A DNA stretch of 64,000 bases from an uncultured Verrucomicrobiae bacterium (GTDB lineage Bacteria; Verrucomicrobiota; Verrucomicrobiia; Limisphaerales; Palsa-1400): positions 5,120,001 through 5,184,000 of the forward strand of contig OY969763.1 in the NCBI GenBank assembly GCA_963702845.1, given 5' to 3'. Position 1 is the first letter of the stretch. Every line of letters starts with the position of its first letter. Under the pieces are notes generated by a model. It had not been told where the DNA came from. It saw only the letters and a program-made list of their open reading frames with translations, and made no database searches. A program made the position numbers and the translations under genes. Shown piece by piece: positions 9,348-18,940 of this stretch.

Positions 9348-10745
9348 ATGCCAGAGAAGAGCATCACCCAAATTTCAAAATCGGTGCGGGACCAGTACGA
9401 AAAAGGCAAAGCAGCTTTTCAGCGCCAAAACCTGGATTACGCCATCACGTTTTTCAGCTCCGTCCTGGAACAGGAACCGGGGTTTTACGAATGTCGCGAA
9501 GCGTTGCGCGCGACCCAATATAAAAAGGTAGGCAGTAGCAGCGGCTTTTTCAAAAAAATGCTGAGCGGCGCCAGTTCTTCTCCGTTGGTTGCAAAAGGCC
9601 AGCTCGCTTTGCGTAACAACCCTCTCGAGGCTTTGAAAATTGCTGAGCAGATTTTAAATGCCGATCCAAATAGCACCGGCGGCCACAAACTTCTGGCCGA
9701 TGCAGCTATGGCTACGGAATTGCCGAAGACGGCGATTCTTTCCCTGGAAATTTTGATCAAAGCCAATCCGAAAGATCAGGATGTAATCCACGAACTGGCC
9801 CAGGCCTATGCCGCCGCCGGCGAAACGGAAAAAGCCGGCGAACGTTATGATGAACTGATCCGGTTGCGGCCTCACGACGCCGCGATGAGGGAGGAATACA
9901 AAAACCTCACTGCGCGCGCCACCATGGCCGAGGGCGGTTACGATAATATCGGCAACTCTCAAACGTCCTATCGCGACATCATGAAGGACCAGGGCGAAGC
10001 CGTGAAACTCGAACAGGAACAGCGCCAGGTAAAAACCGGCGACGTCGCGCAAAAGCTCTTGGCGGATTACGAAAAACGACTTCAGGACGACCCGTCCAAC
10101 GTAAAGCTCATGCGCACCATTGCCGAAATGTGCGTCCAGCAGAAGAATTACGATCGTGCTCTAGAGGTTTACAAGCAGCTTGGCGAAAAAGATCCCGACC
10201 CAACGATTCAAAGGACGATTTCCGATCTGATGGCAAAGAAACTCGACCTCGCACTCGAACAAATGGATCCGTCCGCTCCTGACTACGAAGAGCAATCCAC
10301 CAGACTCAAAGCCGAGCGCGAAGTCTACAAGTTGGAAGAAGCCAGACAACGCGCCGAACGTTATCCGAACGATCTGCAAATCCGCTTTGAACTTGGCGAA
10401 CTCTATTTCAAAGCAGGCAAGATCAACGAAGCGATGCAGGAATTACAGAAGGCGCAGAACAATCCGCACAAACGGCTTCAGGCCTTGAGTTACCTCGGGC
10501 AGTGCTTTGCCAAAAAGAACATGTTCCCGCTGGCGGCGCGCCAGCTCGAAACCGCACTCAAAGAGAAAGTGGTCTTTGACGAGGAAAAGAAAGAGCTAAT
10601 TTACGCACTGGGTTGCGTTTATGAAAAGATGGGCAAAAACAAAGAAGCCATCGACCAGTTCCAGGAAATTTACGCCGTCGACATCAGCTACAAAGACGTC
10701 GCCGCGAAAGTCGACGCCTTCTACGCGGGCGGCGCTGGGCAGTAA
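9348..10745 (+). CDS. Tetratricopeptide repeat protein
   Basis: Repeated helical TPR patterns (e.g. FELGELYFKAGKINEAMQEL, YALGCVYEKMGKNKEAIDQF); no signal peptide. Confidence 0.85.
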   Translation: MPEKSITQISKSVRDQYEKGKAAFQRQNLDYAITFFSSVLEQEPGFYECREALRATQYKKVGSSSGFFKKMLSGASSSPLVAKGQLALRNNPLEALKIAEQILNADPNSTGGHKLLADAAMATELPKTAILSLEILIKANPKDQDVIHELAQAYAAAGETEKAGERYDELIRLRPHDAAMREEYKNLTARATMAEGGYDNIGNSQTSYRDIMKDQGEAVKLEQEQRQVKTGDVAQKLLADYEKRLQDDPSNVKLMRTIAEMCVQQKNYDRALEVYKQLGEKDPDPTIQRTISDLMAKKLDLALEQMDPSAPDYEEQSTRLKAEREVYKLEEARQRAERYPNDLQIRFELGELYFKAGKINEAMQELQKAQNNPHKRLQALSYLGQCFAKKNMFPLAARQLETALKEKVVFDEEKKELIYALGCVYEKMGKNKEAIDQFQEIYAVDISYKDVAAKVDAFYAGGAGQ

Positions 10746-10755
10746 ATCCCCGCGA

Positions 10756-11046
10756 TCACATCATTGCCGCGGCGATGATGATCGCAAGCGCGATGATCAC
10801 CGCACCTCCAAGGATGCCGGCGGCGATGTTGCCTTTGCGAATCTCGCCTTCGATATCGATGCTCGTGATGACCTTGTCGAATGCTTTGAACCCAAGCACG
10901 ACGAGCACCGCGCCCAGCAAGCCGAACAGCGCGCAATAGCCCAATGCTTCCCCGAGCGTTTTTGCATGCCAGCTTTCCGTCGGCTGAGCGAATGCGGAGG
11001 TCGCCAACGTTAGTGGCGCCAGTGTGAGTGCGAGTATCTTTTTCAT
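10756..11046 (-). CDS. DUF350 (YjfL-like) small membrane protein
   Basis: EIRKGNIAAGILGGAVIIALAIII motif; lies directly after the GSP-synthase-like gene. Confidence 0.8.
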   Translation of the reverse strand: MKKILALTLAPLTLATSAFAQPTESWHAKTLGEALGYCALFGLLGAVLVVLGFKAFDKVITSIDIEGEIRKGNIAAGILGGAVIIALAIIIAAAMM

Positions 11047-11056
11047 AATAAGTTGA

Positions 11057-12196
11057 TCATCGAAACAGGTGCGGAATAAAGCGGCTGAGGTTTGCAGTGA
11101 TTGGCGTGGTGTCTTCACGAATGCCCATGCCGCAAGCCTCGTGATTTATAACCCACACCCCGAGAATCGGATAATTGCCATCGAATTGGGCCATCGGCGC
11201 GATTGCCTGAAACACGTAACCTTCTTCGCCGTATTCACCTTGTGTAAAAATCGTGCCATCTGGTCGAACCATGGTGACGTTTGCGCCTTCGCGTGAAAGC
11301 TTCGGTTTCTGAACGTAACCGACTTTGCCGTGGCGCTGCTCAAATTCCGCCTGCGAAAAGTATGCGGGCAAAAGATTCTCGTGGCCTTCGTATTTCTTCC
11401 ACAGCACAGGCAGTAACCCTTTATTCGACAACAGCATTTTCCACATCGGTTCGATGAAATGCGTCACTTCGAGCGGCAAATATTGGGAGAACTCCTCGTG
11501 CCACATCCATTCCCAGGGATAGAGTTTGAAGTAGTGCCGCACTTCATTTTCGGCCAGATCGACAAACCGCCGGTTGCGCGAATCGTAACCGAGATCTTCA
11601 ATGAACAGTTGTTGCGTTTCGATACCGGCCTGAAAACACGTGTCCTGGATGTATAAAACAGTCTGCTCATCCTCGAGACTGTCCTTCACACCGCCAAGCC
11701 AGACTTTGTCTCCGGTCGATTTATATTTTTTCCATGCGGCAACGAGGTGCTCGTGAATGCTGTTGAACTGGTCCGCCTTCGGGTTCGTGTCCTCAAGCCA
11801 ATACCACTGCGCCACCGCCGCTTCGACCAGCGCGGTTGGTGTGTCCGCATTGTATTCCAAAAGTTTCGGCGGGTTCTCGCCGTCGTACGCAAAATCAAAT
11901 CTCCCATACAAACTGAAATCATCCCGCTCCCACGATTTCAGGATCGACGGCACCGCACATTCCGGAATTCCGAGCTGCGCAAAGAGTTTGTCGTTCACGA
12001 CGACTTCAGCCGCTTCGATGCACATCATGTGCAGGTCGTTTGCCGCTTTTTCGAACATGTCGATTTCCGCCGAAGTGAATTCGTAATAGGCGGACTCGTC
12101 CCAATACGGCACGCCATCCGCCGTGTGATATGTCAGCCCGACCTTTTCGACTCGCGCTTGCCAATCCGATCGAGGTGTTGATGGGAATCGTTTCAT
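11057..12196 (-). CDS. Glutathionylspermidine-synthase-like ATP-grasp ligase (YgiC/YjfC family)
   Basis: YWDESAYY, LYGRFDF, LLEYNADTPT, FKLYPWEWM, EPMWKMLLSNK, KPKLSREGANV and GIRED motifs; no amidase domain. Confidence 0.92.
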   Translation of the reverse strand: MKRFPSTPRSDWQARVEKVGLTYHTADGVPYWDESAYYEFTSAEIDMFEKAANDLHMMCIEAAEVVVNDKLFAQLGIPECAVPSILKSWERDDFSLYGRFDFAYDGENPPKLLEYNADTPTALVEAAVAQWYWLEDTNPKADQFNSIHEHLVAAWKKYKSTGDKVWLGGVKDSLEDEQTVLYIQDTCFQAGIETQQLFIEDLGYDSRNRRFVDLAENEVRHYFKLYPWEWMWHEEFSQYLPLEVTHFIEPMWKMLLSNKGLLPVLWKKYEGHENLLPAYFSQAEFEQRHGKVGYVQKPKLSREGANVTMVRPDGTIFTQGEYGEEGYVFQAIAPMAQFDGNYPILGVWVINHEACGMGIREDTTPITANLSRFIPHLFR

Positions 12197-12582
12197 TACG
12201 AGCTCGAATGACCGCTGGACCCGAAGCCCCCACGGCTGATGCTGGATGAATGTGAGGAAACGCTGCTTCCGGCGTGTGAGCCGGATACGGAGCTGCTGCC
12301 AGATGTAACCGGAGTCGGATTCCTATCAGGCGTCGACGACCATTTGCCCCCGTAAAAATAACCGCGTGCTGGATCGAAGGAATTGTGCGGATATGGATAC
12401 CAGTGCCCGTAATACGAATGCCAGTAGCCGCAGCTCGGATTATATGTGTTGTTTGTAAGCGTGTTGGGGCTATCCCAACCCGAAGACGAATCGTCGCACC
12501 CGGCCAACAGAGAGCCCGACAAAACTAACGTTACCGCCGCTGATCGTTTCCGTTTCAACGGTGCAGTAATAAACGGGCGCAC
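12196..12582 (-). CDS. Lipoprotein with C-terminal SRGGFG motif (YgiB/YjfM, DUF1190-like)
   Basis: Lipobox LAGC, Ser-rich tail ending ISRGGFGSSGHSSS, stop overlaps the ligase start (TAATG). Confidence 0.75.
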   Translation of the reverse strand: MRPFITAPLKRKRSAAVTLVLSGSLLAGCDDSSSGWDSPNTLTNNTYNPSCGYWHSYYGHWYPYPHNSFDPARGYFYGGKWSSTPDRNPTPVTSGSSSVSGSHAGSSVSSHSSSISRGGFGSSGHSSS

Positions 12583-12615
12583 AAAATCGGTCAGTTACAA
12601 AATCGAATCAATTTT

Positions 12616-14895
12616 TTAATCGCGCACCGGCTTCTTCGCCAGATAAAGCTGGCGATGCTGTTGAATTCCGGCCTGAACCTCTTTCGCGCCGGCAGCGTCG
12701 GCAATCCGAATCCCCTGCTCCGCCGTCTTCACCGCTTCGTCGAAACGCCCGGTTTCCGCGTATGCCGCTGACAGCGTATCCAGCGCATCGGCACTGTTGG
12801 TTTGCGTCAGCATGACCGCGCGCGACGCCAGCGCAACCGCATCGACGCCGCTGCGAACGCTGTCATCTTTCGCCGTGGCCAATAACCACGCTGCATTGTT
12901 GAGAGCGGTAATCCAATTTGATTTCAGTCGGACCGCTTGCTGATAATGCGCCAGCGCCTCGCGCACCTGGCCTCGCGACGAAAGATAAACGGCGAGTTGA
13001 TAGTGTGGCTCAGCGTAATTGGGCTGCAGTTCGATCGCCTTCGAATAATGCACTGCCGCTTCATTAGCCTTGTTCAATTTCAGCAACATGTTTGCAAGGT
13101 GGTAATGGACGGCGGGATCCTTCGGTTCAAGTTCCAACGCGCTGCGATACTCTGCTTCGGCTCGCGGAAATTTATTCTGTGACTCAAGCACGTGCGCGAG
13201 TTCGCGATGAGCCGGTACCGACACCGGCAAAAATTTCATTGCCTGCGAATACGCTTCCTCGGCTTCCGCGAATTTCGATTCCTGTGCCAGCACGCGTCCG
13301 AGCCAGAGGTAAGCCAAGGTATATTGCGGCCAAACCTTGATCGCTTTGCGATACTCCGCTTCCGCTTCCGCGAACATGTGTTCCTGATGCAAAATGAAAC
13401 CAAGATTGTAATAACCAAGCGCGTCGTTTGGCGTTTGTTGCGCCTGTTTGAATTCCGCTTTGCCTTCGTCAACTCGACCGAGCGCGATTAATGCCGACCC
13501 GGTGTTCACGCGCGCTTCAACATTATCCGGCCGCAGACGCAGCGACTCTTTGTAATGCTCAATAGCTTCCTCCAAGAGGGGCTTGTCAGATGGCGAACTG
13601 CGCATGGCCCGCTGCATCACTTCGAGACCATAGCTGTTATGCGCGAGCCAACAGGTGGGATTCCGCGCGATTGTGTCGCGCCAGATAATTTCCGCGCTCT
13701 GATATAAGTGCGATTGTTGCCACGCGAGAAATGCGAATCCGCCAATCACTGCGATCGCGATACAGTTAATCACAGCCTGCACCCGCGCGATCGACACAAG
13801 TGCCGCCGAGGCCAAGGCGATCGGACCAATGATCGCGAAATACTGCCAATGGTCCGCGACCAGTGAATATTTCTGATAGTAAATACTCACGAACCCAAGC
13901 ACCGGCAGTAGCATCAAAACAAAATATCCGAACGCCAAAACCACGCCGCGCAACCGCTCACGCCAACGCCATATCGCCACCGCTACTACCATGAACGCCA
14001 CCAGCGGCAACCACGTCAAAATATGGTCGGGTGCGATGTCCCAACGTGGATAAACAAAAACGAGATTGAACGGGATGAACGTCTTGTAGATGTAAAACCA
14101 CAATCCCCAACCAGCCGTCGCCAGTCTCGCTGCCATGCTGCTCGTCTGAACTTCTTCAATTCCAATGACGCGATGCTTCTGGAACCAGAGCGTAATCAGC
14201 CCGAAAATAAACGAGAGTGCGAAATACGGTCCGATCCGCACCAAGTGTTGTCGGTAGGCCGAGGCTCCTGCCGGGCCTTCACCAGAAACGTGTTCACGAG
14301 TTCTGCCCTGCCACCAATCGACCAGCAACAATACAAACGGCAACGGCACGACTGCCGTTTTGCTCAACAACGCCAGTGCGAAACTGACCAGCGACAGCAT
14401 GTAATATTTTATGTTCCCGTTCCGCGCCTTCGATTTGAGATAAAACAAAATCGTCGCAAGGAAAAAGGGCATCGCCAACGCGTTTTTGCGCTGACTAATC
14501 CACGCCACCGATTCCACGTTCACCGGGTGGACCGCAAACAACATCGCTGCGAGCCAAGCGCCGGGAACTTTCAACGCACGCAACACGCGCCAGAGCAAAA
14601 TCGCGCTGATCGCGTGCAGCAACACGTTCGTCACGTGATATCCGAACATGTTGTCGCCCCAAAACCTGTATTCCAGCCACAGCGAACTGAACGTCAGCGG
14701 AAAATAATCCGGCGTCATCGCCTTGCACCAGATATAGAAAAGGCCCGCGGGCGATTGCACGAGCGCATTGAACATGATCTCGTCGTCGAGAATTTTTCCG
14801 CCATGCAAGCTCGGCAGATAAATCAAAAACGTAATCGCGACCAGGGCGAGTGCCTGCAAAAAGATGCGAAGCGCGGGCGGTGGCGATTGCGACAT
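12616..14895 (-). CDS. GT-C fold membrane glycosyltransferase with C-terminal TPRs (TMTC-like)
   Basis: N-terminal LDD motif, YFPLT, YHVTNVLLH, LFAVHPVNVESVAWISQRK, about 10 TM helices, then TPR array. Start at MSQSPP. Confidence 0.8.
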   Translation of the reverse strand: MSQSPPPALRIFLQALALVAITFLIYLPSLHGGKILDDEIMFNALVQSPAGLFYIWCKAMTPDYFPLTFSSLWLEYRFWGDNMFGYHVTNVLLHAISAILLWRVLRALKVPGAWLAAMLFAVHPVNVESVAWISQRKNALAMPFFLATILFYLKSKARNGNIKYYMLSLVSFALALLSKTAVVPLPFVLLLVDWWQGRTREHVSGEGPAGASAYRQHLVRIGPYFALSFIFGLITLWFQKHRVIGIEEVQTSSMAARLATAGWGLWFYIYKTFIPFNLVFVYPRWDIAPDHILTWLPLVAFMVVAVAIWRWRERLRGVVLAFGYFVLMLLPVLGFVSIYYQKYSLVADHWQYFAIIGPIALASAALVSIARVQAVINCIAIAVIGGFAFLAWQQSHLYQSAEIIWRDTIARNPTCWLAHNSYGLEVMQRAMRSSPSDKPLLEEAIEHYKESLRLRPDNVEARVNTGSALIALGRVDEGKAEFKQAQQTPNDALGYYNLGFILHQEHMFAEAEAEYRKAIKVWPQYTLAYLWLGRVLAQESKFAEAEEAYSQAMKFLPVSVPAHRELAHVLESQNKFPRAEAEYRSALELEPKDPAVHYHLANMLLKLNKANEAAVHYSKAIELQPNYAEPHYQLAVYLSSRGQVREALAHYQQAVRLKSNWITALNNAAWLLATAKDDSVRSGVDAVALASRAVMLTQTNSADALDTLSAAYAETGRFDEAVKTAEQGIRIADAAGAKEVQAGIQQHRQLYLAKKPVRD

Positions 14896-14997
14896 TGTTC
14901 GTGGAGCAGCCAAGGTCCGAATAAGGTATGTAGAATCAGTCGTCGCCTCAATAGCGCAACGCCGCAATCAAACCGAGACGCGCGTCTCAGTTGTCCC

Positions 14998-16380
14998 TCA
15001 AGCCCCCAAACTCTTCCGTATCTCGCAACCAATCTGCTCGTTCCAATGTTCCAACACCGCGCGCTCGCGTCCCTCCAGCAACAGGCGAATCTTCGCTTCC
15101 GTCCCCGAATACCGCAACAACACCCGCCCGCCCTGCGGTTTCAGATCCGTTTCGGCTTTCGCCACCAAAGCCATCACTTCGCCAAGCTCTTCAATCGGTT
15201 TCCTCTCGCGCACCTTAATATTCGTGAGAATCTGCGGGTAACGCGTCCAACACGCCGCGAGCTCTGACAATTTCTTGCCCGTTTTCTTCATCACTCGCAA
15301 AACCTGCAGCGCCGCAATCAAACCATCGCCAGTCGTGCTGAAGTCGCGGAAAATAATGTGCCCACTCTGCTCGCCGCCGACGTAAAAATCATTCTTCAAC
15401 ATCTCCGCAATGACATGTTGGTCGCCCACCGGCGTACGCACGATGTGTCCACCAGCGTTCTTGAATGCCACATCCAGGCCGGCATTCGTCATCACCGTTC
15501 CGACGATCGTATTCTTCGGCAACGCATTTGCGGCCAGCCGTTCCAGGCCGATGATTGCGATAATATCATCACCATCGATCACCTCCCCGCGTTCATCGCA
15601 GAGCAGCACCCGATCCGCATCACCGTCGTGCGCGATGCCAATGTCCGCTTTGTTCTCACGTACCATCCGGGAAAGCTGCTCCGGATGCATCGAGCCGCAG
15701 TCCTTATTGATATTGAGACCGTCCGGTTGATTCCCGTAAACGATCGTCTGCGCACCGAGCTCGCGCAAAACGCACGGCGTCGATTTGTAACCCGCACCAT
15801 GCGCGCAATCGACCACGATCCGCACCCCATCCAGAGTCATGTTCCGCGGCAACGAACTCTTCGCGTATTCGATGTAACGCCCCAGCGCATCATCAATACG
15901 CACAGCCTTGCCGATCTCGCGCGTCGACGGACGAATGTTCTCAATCTCACCGCTGAACACCAACTCTTCGATGCGCGCTTCGATCGCGTCGTCCAGCTTA
16001 TAACCGTCCGCGTGGAAAAATTTGATCCCGTTATCGTCGTAAGGATTGTGCGAAGCCGTGATAACGATACCGGCGTCCGCGCGCAGGCTCCGCGTCACAT
16101 AAGCAACACCGGGCGTCGGCAGCGGTCCGATGAACAATACATCCACACCCATCGAAAGAATCCCCGACGAAAGCGCATTTTCCAGCATGTAGCCGGAGAG
16201 ACGCGTGTCCTTGCCGATGACGATCTTGTGTTTGCCTTGCCCGCGCGATTTGCTTTCGTGGTTCTTGAACACGTGCGCGGCCGCGCGGCCCAATTTCAGG
16301 GCGGTTTCAGCCGTGACCGGCTCAATATTTGCCGTGCCACGAACGCCGTCGGTTCCGAAAATTCTTCTTTGGGTCTTCAT
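14998..16380 (-). CDS. glmM: Phosphoglucosamine mutase
   Basis: FGTDGVRG, ITASHNPYDDNGIK, DGDADR, GGEQSGH and RYSGTE motifs. Confidence 0.96.
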   Translation of the reverse strand: MKTQRRIFGTDGVRGTANIEPVTAETALKLGRAAAHVFKNHESKSRGQGKHKIVIGKDTRLSGYMLENALSSGILSMGVDVLFIGPLPTPGVAYVTRSLRADAGIVITASHNPYDDNGIKFFHADGYKLDDAIEARIEELVFSGEIENIRPSTREIGKAVRIDDALGRYIEYAKSSLPRNMTLDGVRIVVDCAHGAGYKSTPCVLRELGAQTIVYGNQPDGLNINKDCGSMHPEQLSRMVRENKADIGIAHDGDADRVLLCDERGEVIDGDDIIAIIGLERLAANALPKNTIVGTVMTNAGLDVAFKNAGGHIVRTPVGDQHVIAEMLKNDFYVGGEQSGHIIFRDFSTTGDGLIAALQVLRVMKKTGKKLSELAACWTRYPQILTNIKVRERKPIEELGEVMALVAKAETDLKPQGGRVLLRYSGTEAKIRLLLEGRERAVLEHWNEQIGCEIRKSLGA

Positions 16381-16468
16381 CCAGGCAAGCTGTTCCTCCA
16401 CTCAACTAAAGCGCCGAAATTCTAACCCAAAGACGCCAAGAAGCAAATCTGCAAACACCCTGATTTTA

Positions 16469-16495
16469 CGGAGTGCGGACGTTCACGTCCGCAGC
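16469..16495 (+). repeat. REP-like palindrome family A
   Basis: CGGAGTGCGGACGTTCACGTCCGCAGC; related copies in reverse orientation at 33331-33356 and 54059-54082. Confidence 0.7.
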
Positions 16496-16506
16496 AATGT
16501 CGAAAT

Positions 16507-16536
16507 AAAAAAGCGGCTGAAGTAACTCAGCCGCTT
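16507..16536 (-). terminator. Rho-independent terminator
   Basis: AAGCGGCTGA/TCAGCCGCTT stem plus T-run on the minus strand, downstream of the 16556-16924 gene. Confidence 0.7.
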
Positions 16537-16555
16537 GCGACAACCTGCTTATCTA

Positions 16556-16924
16556 TCAGGCCCGCCCCATCAAAGGAGGCTTCGTCGCCTTATTCCGCAT
16601 CTTCGTAAAGACCGCCAAGTTGAAGAAGTGCATCGCTCCTAAAACTAGAAGCACCACACCAACCTTCGTGCTCAACGCCTCCACGGCCTCTTGCGCATTC
16701 GCCGCCGCCGCGCCGTATTTCAACGCCAACGTCACGTAACCGATGTTGATCAAATAAAATCCAACAACCAGCAAGTGATTCACCGAATCCGCCAATCCTT
16801 CGTTGCCGTGAAAGGCATCGACCAGAAAGATGCGTCCGTTCTTGTGCAACGTGCGCGCGACCCAGACGGTCAGAGCAACGCTGATGATCAAATAAACCAC
16901 GTAAGTGAGAAGCAGCCAGTTCAT
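16556..16924 (-). CDS. Hypothetical 3-TM membrane protein
   Basis: 122-aa ORF with three hydrophobic helices, preceded by an RBS-like AAAGGA and a palindromic operator. Confidence 0.75.
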   Translation of the reverse strand: MNWLLLTYVVYLIISVALTVWVARTLHKNGRIFLVDAFHGNEGLADSVNHLLVVGFYLINIGYVTLALKYGAAAANAQEAVEALSTKVGVVLLVLGAMHFFNLAVFTKMRNKATKPPLMGRA

Positions 16925-16955
16925 AGCAGATCCTTTCTGTTGTTGTATTCAGTTG

Positions 16956-16973
16956 TTTCTGTCATTACAGAAA
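16956..16973. promoter_or_regulatory. Palindromic operator upstream of the membrane-protein gene
   Basis: TTTCTGTCATTACAGAAA near-perfect palindrome 32 bp upstream of the start. Confidence 0.55.
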
Positions 16974-17016
16974 TAAAATAACAGATTGGCCGTTTGTGGC
17001 AAGCACAATTTTCGTG

Positions 17017-17083
17017 TGGAGTTCCGCCTTTAGGCGGTCCGCGTGGCAGATACAGCGACGGAACCGCCTAAGGAGGGACTCCA
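17017..17083. repeat. REP-like family B, inverted doublet
   Basis: TGGAGTTCCGCCTTTAGGCGGT ... ACCGCCTAAGGAGGGACTCCA; a single copy GACCGCCTAAAGGCGGGACTC lies at 20323-20343. Confidence 0.7.
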
Positions 17084-17100
17084 TAGGCGTTCCATCTGGT

Positions 17101-17151
17101 TTGACAAGCGCCCTCGCTGACATAAGATGCTTAAGCGGACAATTTTTGTCC
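17101..17151 (+). promoter_or_regulatory. sigma70 promoter and palindromic operator of sufB
   Basis: TTGACA-N16-TAAGAT followed by GGACAA-TTT-TTGTCC immediately before the ATG. Confidence 0.6.
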
Positions 17152-17156
17152 TGATT

Positions 17157-18602
17157 ATGCCCACAGCCACAGAGACCATCGAAAATTTCGTCAATACCGA
17201 GTACAAATACGGCTTCAGCAGCGACATCGAAACCGAAGCCTTTTTACCCGGCTTGAACGAAGATACCGTTCGCCGCATTTCCGACAAAAAGAACGAACCC
17301 GAATTTCTCCGCGAATGGCGCCTCAAAGCCTTTCGTCATTGGCTCACGATGGAAGAGCCGCATTGGCCGAATGCGCACTATCCCGCGATCGACTACCAGG
17401 GCTATATCTATTATGCCGTGCCCAAGCCGAAGAAGAAACTCGATAGCCTCGACCAGGTCGATCCCGACGTTCTCGAGATGTTCGACAAACTCGGCATTTC
17501 TCTCGACGAACAAAAGCGCCTGAGCGGTGTCGCTGTCGATGCCATCATGGACAGCGCCAGCGTTGCCACGACGTTCCGCAAAGAGCTCGCTGAAAAAGGC
17601 ATTATTTTCTGCAGCTTCAGCGAAGCCGTCCGCGAACATCCCGAACTCATCAAAAAATATCTCGGCACAGTCGTCCCGCCGAATGACAACTTTTACGCCG
17701 CGCTCAACAGCGCCGTGTTCAGCGACGGCTCCTTCTGCTACATCCCCAAGGGCGTCCGTTGCCCGATGGAGCTTTCGACCTATTTCCGCATCAACACCGC
17801 CGGTGCCGGCCAATTCGAACGCACCCTCATCATCGCCGACGAAGGCAGCTACGTCAGCTACCTCGAAGGTTGCACCGCCCCGATGCGCGACGAAAATCAG
17901 CTCCACGCCGCCGTCGTCGAACTCATCGCGATGGAAGGCGCCGAGATCAAATACTCTACCGTCCAAAACTGGTATCCCGGCGACAAAGAAGGCAAGGGCG
18001 GCATCTACAATTTCGTGACCAAGCGCGGCAAATGCGCCGGTCGCAATTCCAAGATTTCCTGGACCCAGGTCGAAACCGGCTCCGCCATCACTTGGAAATA
18101 TCCGAGCGTGCTCCTGATTGGCGACAACAGCGTCGGCGAATTCTATTCCGTCGCGTTGACCAACCACATGCAGCAGGCCGACACCGGCACCAAAATGATC
18201 CACATCGGCAAGAACACCAGCAGCACGATCGTCTCCAAAGGAATCAGCGCTGGCAAAGGCCAGAACAGCTATCGCGGCCTCGTCAAAATCATGAAGAGCG
18301 CCGAGAACGCCCGCAATTACAGCCAATGCGATTCGTTGCTCCTGGGTGACAAATGCGGCGCGCACACTTTCCCCTACATCGAAGTTCGCAACACCAGTTC
18401 GACTGTCGAACACGAAGCCTCGACCTCCAAGATCGGTGAAGATCAGATCTTCTATTGCAACCAGCGCGGCATTCCGACCCAGGACGCCGTCAACATGATC
18501 GTCAACGGCTACTGCAAAGAAGTGTTTAAACACCTCCCGATGGAATTCGCCGTTGAAGCGCAGAAACTTCTGGGCGTGAGCCTCGAAGGTTCCGTCGGCT
18601 AA
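17157..18602 (+). CDS. sufB: Fe-S cluster assembly scaffold SufB
   Basis: [49 protein letters not shown] and LEGSVG motifs. Confidence 0.97.
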   Translation: MPTATETIENFVNTEYKYGFSSDIETEAFLPGLNEDTVRRISDKKNEPEFLREWRLKAFRHWLTMEEPHWPNAHYPAIDYQGYIYYAVPKPKKKLDSLDQVDPDVLEMFDKLGISLDEQKRLSGVAVDAIMDSASVATTFRKELAEKGIIFCSFSEAVREHPELIKKYLGTVVPPNDNFYAALNSAVFSDGSFCYIPKGVRCPMELSTYFRINTAGAGQFERTLIIADEGSYVSYLEGCTAPMRDENQLHAAVVELIAMEGAEIKYSTVQNWYPGDKEGKGGIYNFVTKRGKCAGRNSKISWTQVETGSAITWKYPSVLLIGDNSVGEFYSVALTNHMQQADTGTKMIHIGKNTSSTIVSKGISAGKGQNSYRGLVKIMKSAENARNYSQCDSLLLGDKCGAHTFPYIEVRNTSSTVEHEASTSKIGEDQIFYCNQRGIPTQDAVNMIVNGYCKEVFKHLPMEFAVEAQKLLGVSLEGSVG

Positions 18603-18940
18603 GCGGAACGTCCGCCTCGCTTTAAAACGGCGCGCGCCGAATCCCCACTTAACATTTCGTTAAGCGCGACGGCACATCGTGCTCGCGTTCATGTCCATTT
18701 CCTCGTCCCTGCCCGACCGGCGTCTCTAAGTCACATCAGGGCAAAGCAACTGCGCCCTGAACAATGACTCCTAGAACAGCTTACGAAAGCGCATGACCCA
18801 CCCACCCACCAAACCCTGAAACCAAAACACTACCATTTGTTGTAATATGCTTAACATCAAAGATATTCGCACAGGATATTTTCACAAAAAACACCTTGAA
18901 TACTCGCCTTTCTGAACGAATCTAAAGCCCAGTTAAATCC

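Noticed and set aside
17244..18533. Long antisense ORFs (e.g. 429 aa opposite sufB, 408 aa opposite the oxidoreductase, 414 and 355 aa opposite GT-C/glmM, 344 aa opposite nusA)
   Set aside because: Shadow frames of well-supported genes in GC-rich DNA; no recognisable motifs.
18728..18770. c-di-GMP-I riboswitch suggested by GTCAC..AGGGCAAA
   Set aside because: Forms a simple hairpin; lacks the GNRA-capped P2 stem, the second GCAAA and P3.
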